NCBI GenBank assembly: GCA_002009975.1
Contig: MTLP01000034.1
Location: 1-15,764 of the forward strand
Direction of reading: 5' to 3'
DNA length: 15,764 nucleotides
Source: Thermococcus sp. JdFR-02
GTDB taxonomy: Archaea > Methanobacteriota_B > Thermococci > Thermococcales > Thermococcaceae
In this document: positions 8,330 through 15,764 of the stretch, piece by piece
How positions within the stretch are numbered: the stretch's first letter is position 1
Layout: every line of letters begins with the position of its first letter
Made by a program: the position numbers and the translations under genes
Notes under the pieces: generated by a model
Told to the model about the DNA's origin: nothing
The model's input: only the letters and a program-made list of their open reading frames with translations
Databases searched by the model: none

Positions 8330-8345
8330 CTTTTACTCCCTCATT

Positions 8346-9545
8346 CTACTCTTTTAATTTTCTGCTCAATAACAAAAATCCAATTAAAGATAATGAACCA
8401 GCATTTATGATTCTGCTTATTATAATTCCAACTACTCCAATATAATATCCTGCGATTATTAGAACAACCAAACTCAAAATGGAAGAAGCAATCCTTGTTA
8501 CATATAATTCATGTGTCATTTGATGTGATCTCATTATTACCTCATAAAAAAATGCAGGTATTGCCAACATTGTGGGTATTAAGAATAATTGGGCATAAAA
8601 TACACTCTCTCCATAAGCATTAGAGAATATAACAGGTATTACTGTGGGCAGTATAAAGTATACTAGTCCAAGTATAATGAAAGTTGAAGGCCAGATGATT
8701 TTTAATTTTTTATTTGATATCCTATAAGCCTCTAGGAAATCTTTTTTAGCAAAAGTGGGTTGTGCAATCTGCTGGAAAATACCCCATCCTTCTTTAAGAA
8801 ATGTATGGATCACCTTTCCAATGGAATACAAAGCCAATTCGGCATAGCCCCAGAAAAATCCGACAATTAAAGAGTCTAACCAAGAATTTATCGTTCCAAT
8901 TACATTCAAGCCAGATATTTTCATTCCAAAATCCACATATTTTTTGTTCGTATAGCTATTCCTCAAATTTTTTATTATATACACTGATAAAATTAAATGA
9001 TATATGCTTATACCTCCAAAAACAAACAGCGATATTATTATTATGTTATCAGTCAGTAAAACGCTTATCAAAACTAAACCAAAATAAAGCACTGCTTTAA
9101 CTGTTCTTGATAGCATCACATTTCTGTACTCTTGTCGTCCCACGAAAAAATTATAAACATGGTCTAAAGAACTATATCCCAAGAATATTATGGAAAGAGC
9201 CACAAGAACGGTCGCAATATCAATTTCTTTTTTAATAAAAAAATGCCAACCTGCTAATATTAGGAAAATTCCACTCCCTATTAAAGAATACTTTATTCTC
9301 TTTTTAGTTACCGATAAAAAACTCCCCTCGTACTTATTAGCGATAGAATTAATCAAAGAAATATTCAAACCGGGTAAAGTTAGTAAGCTCAGAATTCCTA
9401 TGATTGACAAAATATAACGATATTGACCAAAAACATCCATTGATACGTACCGAGTAAAAATGATAACAGCAACTAAATTGAGTATTGATGTAATAACACT
9501 TGTTAGTGTAAGATAGCCTATATTTTTATATAGGGAAATATTCAT
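8346..9545 (-). CDS. Oligosaccharide flippase (Wzx/RfbX, MOP superfamily; AglR-like), 399 aa
   Basis: About 12 TM segments; TRY..mdvFGQY at the N-terminus; D.LIVGFF.G..ELALYS in the second half; located in a glycan operon. Confidence 0.88.
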   Translation of the reverse strand: MNISLYKNIGYLTLTSVITSILNLVAVIIFTRYVSMDVFGQYRYILSIIGILSLLTLPGLNISLINSIANKYEGSFLSVTKKRIKYSLIGSGIFLILAGWHFFIKKEIDIATVLVALSIIFLGYSSLDHVYNFFVGRQEYRNVMLSRTVKAVLYFGLVLISVLLTDNIIIISLFVFGGISIYHLILSVYIIKNLRNSYTNKKYVDFGMKISGLNVIGTINSWLDSLIVGFFWGYAELALYSIGKVIHTFLKEGWGIFQQIAQPTFAKKDFLEAYRISNKKLKIIWPSTFIILGLVYFILPTVIPVIFSNAYGESVFYAQLFLIPTMLAIPAFFYEVIMRSHQMTHELYVTRIASSILSLVVLIIAGYYIGVVGIIISRIINAGSLSLIGFLLLSRKLKE

Positions 9546-9555
9546 AACACATCAA

Positions 9556-10302
9556 CTATTTTTTTGGTTTTTTGCAGATGCCTATCATATAAACATGAAG
9601 TCTTGGATGATTTTTACTATTTTTTAGAAATGGATTGCGATTAAAAATGCTCAAAAGATTAAATAGATATCTAATCATCTTATATTTTTGATATAATAAA
9701 TAATAAAATAGATCGTGGGTTTCTATTAATTTTATTTCTTTAAAATATTCATTCAAGAAATTTATAAATTCTTTTTGAAAAAATTCTTTATAATGATTTT
9801 TGTCTAAAGGAGTTTCTGTAATTCTGATTGGTGTCCCAATGATCGCAATTCCATTTGGTTTCAATACGCGTCTAATTTCTGATAGCATTTGATCTGGACT
9901 TTTTAAATGTTCAATTACATCAGAAGAAACAACTATATCAAAAAAATTATCCTGAAATTTTAGATCATATGCATTTTGTACATCTAAGTGAACATTTTTT
10001 ACTTTTAATCTTTCCAATTGATTTTTCCCACCTTCTATAGCAAATTCAGAAGAATCAATGCCATATAATGTTGCATGTTTCATTTTGGAACTTAAAAGAT
10101 ATAACAAAACTCCATCACCACATCCAACATCCAGAATATTGACATTATCATTTTTTGCTTGCTTTATAATCAAATTTTTCAATAAACTATATCGTGCATT
10201 AACAAATGCATTATGTCTAAAAGGATTTAAAGATATTTGTTCCCAATGATAAGTTGACCCTCTTTGATAATATTTTGAAAATTTCATTTCTCTTTTATTC
10301 AT
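9556..10302 (-). CDS. Class I SAM-dependent methyltransferase, 248 aa
   Basis: ILDVGCGDG, GIDSS, FDIVVSSDVIEHL, EIRRVLKPNG...GTP. Confidence 0.92.
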   Translation of the reverse strand: MNKREMKFSKYYQRGSTYHWEQISLNPFRHNAFVNARYSLLKNLIIKQAKNDNVNILDVGCGDGVLLYLLSSKMKHATLYGIDSSEFAIEGGKNQLERLKVKNVHLDVQNAYDLKFQDNFFDIVVSSDVIEHLKSPDQMLSEIRRVLKPNGIAIIGTPIRITETPLDKNHYKEFFQKEFINFLNEYFKEIKLIETHDLFYYLLYQKYKMIRYLFNLLSIFNRNPFLKNSKNHPRLHVYMIGICKKPKK

Positions 10303-10960
10303 TTTTTTCCCCTTTTTTTAAGATAATAAAGTATCCCGTGGTATATTTATTCAGATATTTATGTTTTTTAACGAATTTCCAATTGTCTAATTTAATTATT
10401 AGATTTAGAAATGGAATTAAAATGTAAGAAAGATGTCTTATTCCTTTAGGCATTGATTTCATTAACGTTTTTATCATATCCGCAAAAACTGTAAAAAACC
10501 TACCCATAATTATGAGTTTCTCAATTTTAAATCCTGTTTGGTTTAATAGATCTCGCCATTTCATTTCTGTATATCTATAATAATCATGAGGGTCTGCATG
10601 AATAGGAAACATAAATGGAATACTTATTATCATATGTCCACCACCCTTTAAAACTCTATAACACTCCTTCAGCCCTTTTTCTGGATATCTTACATGTTCA
10701 AAAAGTTCAGTTGCCTTGATAACATCAATAGAGTTGTCTTTGAAACATAAATTATGAACGTCACATATAACATCAGAATTTAAGTTTTTATTTATATCTG
10801 CTTTTATCCACTTTTTAACTTTTGGGGGTTTAAATTCTCCTCTCTCCCTACCTCCACCAATATCTAAAACCATACCATGGAATAATTTTTTATTTTGATT
10901 GAGATATAAGTCTAATAAGTTGCGACGATACGTGGAAAGGAACAATTTTACCATATCCAT
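10295..10960 (-). CDS. Class I SAM-dependent methyltransferase (Methyltransf_11-like), 221 aa
   Basis: VLDIGGG, CDVHNL.F, TELFEHV, RVLKGGG...PFMFPIHADPHDYYRYT. Confidence 0.88.
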   Translation of the reverse strand: MDMVKLFLSTYRRNLLDLYLNQNKKLFHGMVLDIGGGRERGEFKPPKVKKWIKADINKNLNSDVICDVHNLCFKDNSIDVIKATELFEHVRYPEKGLKECYRVLKGGGHMIISIPFMFPIHADPHDYYRYTEMKWRDLLNQTGFKIEKLIIMGRFFTVFADMIKTLMKSMPKGIRHLSYILIPFLNLIIKLDNWKFVKKHKYLNKYTTGYFIILKKGEKNE

Positions 10961-10963
10961 ACA

Positions 10964-12019
10964 CTACCTAAACATCCTTAAATCTGACACAAATCTTTTT
11001 TTAAACTTGTTATAAATTTTCCATATAAAAGCTCTGGTTTTTATGTAATTAAACCAAAAAATTTTTTTGAAACTAATTTGCTTAGGACAATAAATATTTG
11101 AAATGGTATCATTATATATATTATATCCGAATTCATAATACATTTTTCCAATATCGTCTATACTTGGTAAATTTATATTCGATTGATAAAAATAATAATT
11201 GTTAGATACCCGTTCGATTGCTCTAATAACATCTTTTTCATTAGAAAAAAGTTCTCCAGCTTTTCCAACTATCTCAGGATGTCCACCACTATTTCTTGCA
11301 ACCGCGGGTAATCCACAATGTAAAGCTTCTATGAGAGCGTTTGAGCATGGATCGTCTTTGCTAGCAGTAATATAAATGTCATGAGCTTTTAATAATGTTG
11401 CTAACTCTTCAGACGGTAGTGGCCTTATTAATTTAATATTCTTAAATTTTATTGGAGAATTTCCGACGAAAGTCATTTCGTATCGTTTGAAATCAAGATT
11501 TTTATCTAAATACCTATAAATATCAAAACCTTTTTTAGGATTAGGAGACCAACTTACAGCTATTAATTTTATTTTGTCCGAATTTAATGGTTTTTTGCCG
11601 TCTCTGTTGAAAATATTTGGATCTGGGGCATTAATTATAATTCTCTCATAATGTGTTTCAGGCATTCCCAGCTGTCGGCATTTTTCTTTACTCCATTTTG
11701 ACTGGTATACAACGCCATCAGCAAACAAATTGCTAAATGTAAATATAATTTCGTCTATTTGCTTGTCAGTTCCTCTAACAAAAAAAACAGGACCATCAAC
11801 CCTATGTATTATAATTTTATTTCGGAATTTTTTTTTAATGCTGAATATACTATCAATTAAATGGTGACTATTAAATAAAATAATATCCGCTTCATTGGGA
11901 TTATTCACGTAAACATTTTTTCTAATAAAATAATCTCTAAGCGCTTTTAGAAATTGATTACCTCCTCCCCAAGGTTCATCCTTAAAATTATAAAAAATAT
12001 GGATTTTACAACGAACCAT
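10964..12019 (-). CDS. GT4-family glycosyltransferase, 351 aa
   Basis: PWGGGNQF, HRVDGP, WSPNPKKG, ASKDDPCSNALIEALHCGLP (D-variant of Ex7E), SGGHPEIV. Confidence 0.88.
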   Translation of the reverse strand: MVRCKIHIFYNFKDEPWGGGNQFLKALRDYFIRKNVYVNNPNEADIILFNSHHLIDSIFSIKKKFRNKIIIHRVDGPVFFVRGTDKQIDEIIFTFSNLFADGVVYQSKWSKEKCRQLGMPETHYERIIINAPDPNIFNRDGKKPLNSDKIKLIAVSWSPNPKKGFDIYRYLDKNLDFKRYEMTFVGNSPIKFKNIKLIRPLPSEELATLLKAHDIYITASKDDPCSNALIEALHCGLPAVARNSGGHPEIVGKAGELFSNEKDVIRAIERVSNNYYFYQSNINLPSIDDIGKMYYEFGYNIYNDTISNIYCPKQISFKKIFWFNYIKTRAFIWKIYNKFKKRFVSDLRMFR

Positions 12020-13013
12020 ATATATCCTCCCAACGCTTTTTTATTACGTCATATGAACAAATTTTTTTAACATTTTTATAATTATTTTCAATCAATTTAT
12101 TAAAATAGACACGTTTTTCTCCATTAATCATATCTATAAGATTAGAACGGATTTCATCTATACTTTTATAGATACATCTGCTATCTAATATATCAGGTGC
12201 TAAACCAACATTTGTGCTAAAGATTAAAGTTTTACAAAAACTTGCCTCTAACACAGCTTTTGGTCCCCCTTCACTTCTTGAGGTTACTATATAACAATCG
12301 ATAAGATTATAGAGTAGTGCCATTTTATTTTCATCCAATGTATTAATCCTTATATCATCTATACGGGGTTTGGGTTTTTTACCAAAATATAAATATGGAA
12401 TACCATACTTTTCACACTCTGAAATAATATAATGTCTCCTTGGACCAGCCAATAAAAGCAACCATTTGTCTTTATTTGGTAAAGATTTAAGTATCTTAAT
12501 GAGGAAATCAGGTCCTTTCTGCCATTTAGGAGTAGATAAATCACTTCCTAGAGTATCTCTTTGAAAAGACCCTATAATAATTTTGTTTTTTATTTTTTTT
12601 GTATCAATACCAAGTTCCAATGCAATTTCTTCTTTTGTTTTATTTTTATAACAGAAAATATCCTCATTTACGTAAAAAGGTTGATATGCAGCATTAATAC
12701 CATTTTCGACGAAAATGTTATACTGTCTTTTATTTGGAGCTATCCATAAATACACAAATTTTAATGCTTTTAAGAATTCTTTGCTATTTATTTTGATTTC
12801 ATTTGTTGCGGTAGCAATGACGCTTCTTTTAAATCTCAATGGAAACCATTTTGGATTTAATAAGGCATTCCACCAAACTGAATGAACAACATCGGCAGTT
12901 ATAAAATTAGATGTAATTGTATGTCCAATATCAATTAAGAATTTTTTCAGATATTTTCTATCAGCGTCTATTGACCAACCAATTTTATCTCTACCATGTA
13001 AGAATACTTTCAT
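12006..13013 (-). CDS. GT4-like (GT-B) glycosyltransferase, 335 aa
   Basis: GSFQRD...KGPD, YIVTSRSEGGPKAVLEA (Ex7E), STNVGLA. Confidence 0.85.
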   Translation of the reverse strand: MKVFLHGRDKIGWSIDADRKYLKKFLIDIGHTITSNFITADVVHSVWWNALLNPKWFPLRFKRSVIATATNEIKINSKEFLKALKFVYLWIAPNKRQYNIFVENGINAAYQPFYVNEDIFCYKNKTKEEIALELGIDTKKIKNKIIIGSFQRDTLGSDLSTPKWQKGPDFLIKILKSLPNKDKWLLLLAGPRRHYIISECEKYGIPYLYFGKKPKPRIDDIRINTLDENKMALLYNLIDCYIVTSRSEGGPKAVLEASFCKTLIFSTNVGLAPDILDSRCIYKSIDEIRSNLIDMINGEKRVYFNKLIENNYKNVKKICSYDVIKKRWEDIYGSL

Positions 13014-13029
13014 ACCATCTTCTCTTATT

Positions 13030-14181
13030 TTATAAGTTTTTATATAACTCTATCTCTTTTTTTATTAGCATATCTAGTGAAAATTTCTGTACAATCATTT
13101 TCCTTGCATTTTTTCCAAGATTTCTTTTTACCATATCATCGCTCATTAATCTTGAGATTGCTTCTCTAATAAATTTTGGCTCTGTTTCACAAAGAATACC
13201 ATTCACTTCATGCTCAATAATTTCCTTTATCCCTTCAACATTAGTCCCTATCACAGCCAACCCACATGCCATTGCTTCCAGCAGCGCTTTTGGCATACCT
13301 TCATAAAGGGATGGGAGTATAAAAATTTCGTGTTGATTTAGCACTTTTGGAAGTTCATAATTGGGTATATTACCTAAAAATTCTACTTTAATACCTTTAT
13401 CTTTTGCATATTTTTCTAGACTTTCTTTTTGATCTCCAGAACCGATAATTGTAAGCGTATATGGCAAACCAGTCAAAGCTTCTAATAGAGAGAAAAGATT
13501 CTTTTGCTCGGTCAACCGACCGACAAAACATATCGAATTTTTCTTTTTTTGTACATTAAGTGGCTTGAATACGTCTGTATCAATATAATTGGGTATAACA
13601 GCTTCAATTCCTTTTAGTTTATAGTTTTTTCTTAAATATTCAAGATCATTCCGGGAACTTACGATTATCCCATCAGAGAATAAATAAGCAAACCTCTCGA
13701 TTAATCTGATTAGAAAATTTTTCAAACTTTTAGGATTTCTTTTATAAGCAAATAGAGACCATGTATATCCCGTTCTAACTACCAATTTATCTCCAAACAA
13801 AATTTTAGCAATAATCGCCGTCCACGATCCACTCATCTGGTTGGTCTTTAGGATATCCACATTTTTTAATATTCTATAATGGATAGCGGGCAGTAAAAAT
13901 GAATATGCTAATATAATTGGAAAGAGAATCTTAGGGTGTTTAGATTTACGTAAAAAGGGAATTGGCACTATCGTTATATTTTTGGCAAGATAATTCTGAA
14001 ATTTGCGGTCTTCTTGACCACCGTATGTGAAGAAGTAAATGTGCTTAAAGTATTTGCTGAGCTTGTTATATAGTGCTACTTCCCTATCTATCATACCTAT
14101 GTCATGCCAAGTTTTAAGTGATACTCTGAATGTAAAGAATAAAGCCAGGGTTTTATCTTTCAAAATTTCAGCATCTTTCAT
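13030..14181 (-). CDS. GT4 glycosyltransferase, 383 aa
   Basis: VIPNYID, FVGRLTEQKN, PSLYEGMPKALLEAMACG, TNVEGIKEII; ATGA overlap with the upstream methyltransferase. Confidence 0.93.
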   Translation of the reverse strand: MKDAEILKDKTLALFFTFRVSLKTWHDIGMIDREVALYNKLSKYFKHIYFFTYGGQEDRKFQNYLAKNITIVPIPFLRKSKHPKILFPIILAYSFLLPAIHYRILKNVDILKTNQMSGSWTAIIAKILFGDKLVVRTGYTWSLFAYKRNPKSLKNFLIRLIERFAYLFSDGIIVSSRNDLEYLRKNYKLKGIEAVIPNYIDTDVFKPLNVQKKKNSICFVGRLTEQKNLFSLLEALTGLPYTLTIIGSGDQKESLEKYAKDKGIKVEFLGNIPNYELPKVLNQHEIFILPSLYEGMPKALLEAMACGLAVIGTNVEGIKEIIEHEVNGILCETEPKFIREAISRLMSDDMVKRNLGKNARKMIVQKFSLDMLIKKEIELYKNL

Positions 14182-14822
14182 TTAGATTTCCTCACCACCG
14201 CCCAGATTTCTCCGAATTGTACTGTAGCCGATTCTATCTTAAGTCCAGCCTTAGCAAGTTCTTCCGAAAAGCTTTCCATTGTATATTCAATTTTATGCGT
14301 TGGATCTAATAAATATTCGCAGCCAAGTTCTTTTTTATAATATGTGAGCCAGTCACGGTTGATCACTGGCACTCGAATTAGAAATTTATCTGCAAGTTGT
14401 CGTATTTTAATAAGGAAAGAATGTCTGTCTTCTATATGTTCCAGAACATTTGACAATACAATAACGTCAAACCTCTCGTTGAAATTAAGTTTTGTTGCAT
14501 CCCCGTGAATATATTCAATGTTTTCTCTTGGAAATTTTGTTTTTGCCTGATCTATATTATTTTTGTTTAAATCAACAGCAACTACTTTTTTCGCCTTTTT
14601 GGCGATGTCATAGGTTAGATAACCATTGCCGCATCCTATATCCAAAACTGTATCTCCATGATTGATATTATTGATGAAAAATGAATGATAATTCATTAAT
14701 CTATGTTTGGGGTGGATACCACCCTCAGCGATTATTGATAATCTTCCAATACATTTATAGGAGAGATTATGAATACGAATAAATAGCTTTACTAAAAACG
14801 TTGCAATTTTTTGGTTTATCAT
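14178..14822 (-). CDS. Class I SAM-dependent methyltransferase, 214 aa
   Basis: VLDIGCGNG, AVDLN, GDAT, FDVIVLSNVLEHI, RVP, DPTH..EY; AAGGAGG SD. Confidence 0.92.
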   Translation of the reverse strand: MINQKIATFLVKLFIRIHNLSYKCIGRLSIIAEGGIHPKHRLMNYHSFFINNINHGDTVLDIGCGNGYLTYDIAKKAKKVVAVDLNKNNIDQAKTKFPRENIEYIHGDATKLNFNERFDVIVLSNVLEHIEDRHSFLIKIRQLADKFLIRVPVINRDWLTYYKKELGCEYLLDPTHKIEYTMESFSEELAKAGLKIESATVQFGEIWAVVRKSK

Positions 14823-14871
14823 TTTTTACATTCCCTCCTTTCTAATCCTAAAATTTTTTAGATAGTCCCAC

Positions 14872-14885
14872 CTACCCCCTACCCC
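14872..14885 (-). repeat. Tandem 7-mer (GGGGTAG)x2 within a G-run-rich intergenic segment
   Basis: Plus strand CTACCCC-CTACCCC at 14872-14885. Confidence 0.6.
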
Positions 14886-14924
14886 AGCCTCTTATCATCC
14901 CCCCGTCCCGCATTCGGGGTCAAT

Positions 14925-15281
14925 TCAGCTGGAGAGGAAAGATTCTACGAAGCTCGGTGAAAGTGAGGAGTACTTCCTCACAGCCTTGATGAACGCCGCT
15001 TTTTGAGTGGTGAAGCTCATGAAGTAATCATCGTCAAAGCCTTCGACTTTTTCGAGTTCCTTGAGGATGAGTCTTATCTGGGCGTCGGAGAGTAGCTTCT
15101 CCCCGCGGTAGTTCTTCATCTCCGCCAGCACGTTGGCGAAGTAGCCCAGCTTCTTTGCTTTATCCGGGGAGATGTTCTTTATATACCCGCACTCCCGGCA
15201 TGCAGGGTGAGGTGCTATTAAGCCATTATGTACGGGCAGGTAGTGCCTCTCAGGTGAGTCGTGGTGCTTGCATGCCATCAT
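14925..15281 (-). CDS. Uncharacterised small protein with Cys/His putative Zn-binding N-terminus and helical C-terminus, 117-118 aa
   Basis: Start moved from TTG 15380 to ATG 15281/15278 (TATA box 26-29 nt upstream, no SD, so probably leaderless). Motif C-x-H...H-P-x-C-x2-C-G; flank-like codon usage. Confidence 0.75.
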   Translation of the reverse strand: MMACKHHDSPERHYLPVHNGLIAPHPACRECGYIKNISPDKAKKLGYFANVLAEMKNYRGEKLLSDAQIRLILKELEKVEGFDDDYFMSFTTQKAAFIKAVRKYSSLSPSFVESFLSS

Positions 15282-15300
15282 GGTAAAGTTGATGAAGGGG

Positions 15301-15317
15301 AATATAAGCTTAACTCT
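15301..15317 (-). promoter_or_regulatory. Putative internal TATA promoter for the Zn-protein gene and downstream cassette
   Basis: Minus strand AGAGTTAAGC-TTATATT; its spacing to ATG 15281/15278 fits a leaderless transcript. It overlaps the palindrome TAAGCTTA (15305-15312). Confidence 0.55.
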
Positions 15318-15380
15318 CCGGGGCGAGAGCGGTTTCTCAGCGACTCTCCACGAGAGGGTGTAACCCATGAGCGCCCTCAA

Positions 15381-15764
15381 TTAGCATCTACCATACTCGT
15401 CTTCCAAACGTATTATATCGTCTTCCTCGATGTACTCGCCTGTCTGGATCTCAATCAGGTGGAGGTCTACCTTGCCTGGATTCTCAAGGCGGTGTACCGT
15501 CGACTTGGGGATGTAGATGCTCTCATTTTCATGGACGTAGTGCTCCTTCTCGCCCTTAATCACCCTCGCGGTGCCCTTCACCACAACCCAGTGCTCCGCT
15601 CTGTGGTGGTGCATCTGCAGCGAGATGCTCTTCCCCGGGTATATACAAAGGCGTTTAACCTTGTAGCGCTCTCCCTCCTCGAGAAGGGTGTAGTATCCCC
15701 ACGGGCGGTGCACAGTTTTGTGGATAATCGCCTCGCTTCTGCCCTGCTGCTTGAGAAGCTTTGC
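15381..15764 (-). CDS. manC: C-terminal cupin (PMI type II) domain of mannose-1-phosphate guanylyltransferase/mannose-6-phosphate isomerase; 5' part outside the window
   Basis: Frame is open to the window edge (AKLLKQQGRSEAIIHKTVHRPWGYY); SLQMHHHRAEHWVVVKG, HRLENPG, IEIQTGEYIEEDDIIRLEDEYGR. Confidence 0.92.
   Translation of the reverse strand, partial: AKLLKQQGRSEAIIHKTVHRPWGYYTLLEEGERYKVKRLCIYPGKSISLQMHHHRAEHWVVVKGTARVIKGEKEHYVHENESIYIPKSTVHRLENPGKVDLHLIEIQTGEYIEEDDIIRLEDEYGRC

Larger units (their letters stand above)
3460..14865. other. Low-GC glycan-biosynthesis cassette embedded between higher-GC genes
   Basis: Hand-counted lines: 2041-2100 = 30/60 GC and 15541-15600 = 37/60, versus 7201-7260 = 11/60 and 9661-9720 = 11/60. 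Transitions lie near 3460-3500 and 14860. Confidence 0.85.

Noticed and set aside
1241-13306. Many short plus-strand or out-of-frame ORFs overlapping the glycan genes (e.g. 3163-3522, 5100-5432, 12917-13306)
   Set aside because: They overlap well-supported minus-strand genes and have no motifs or initiation signals.
15321-15376. tRNA-like cloverleaf (GGGCG...CGCCC)
   Set aside because: Too short, with no T-loop GTTCRA or D-loop consensus.
15282-15380. TTG-started 33-aa extension of the Zn-protein ORF
   Set aside because: It covers the hairpins and TATA box and looks non-protein-like; ATG 15281/15278 fits better.
1-15764. CRISPR array, rRNA/tRNA, transposase or integrase
   Set aside because: No regularly spaced repeats, RNA-gene signatures or DDE/tyrosine-recombinase motifs were seen.

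Overview
Archaeal-type DNA (BRE/TATA promoters, GGAGGTGA-type Shine-Dalgarno sites, AGG/ATA-rich codons). Most of the window is one minus-strand surface-glycan biosynthesis locus. Reading in the direction of transcription it contains: the 3' end of a mannose-1-P guanylyltransferase/PMI gene, a small uncharacterised Cys/His (putative Zn-binding) protein with its own promoter, an ~11.4-kb markedly AT-rich cassette (4 SAM methyltransferases, 4 GT4 and 1 GT2 glycosyltransferases, a Wzx-type flippase and a GT-C-like membrane protein), then an NDP-sugar epimerase and UDP-glucose dehydrogenase at flank-like GC. At the left end, a plus-strand gene encodes a permuted papain-like (YiiX/NlpC-P60) enzyme fused to a long coiled-coil hairpin; a divergent gene, possibly hemE-like, starts at the window edge. 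The most notable observations are the Zn-protein plus G-rich/ops-like element heading the AT-rich cassette (a possible regulatory or antitermination module), an apparent ATT start codon for one GT4, and the direct-repeat-flanked permuted papain/coiled-coil gene. All calls come from reading motifs by eye; no searches were run.
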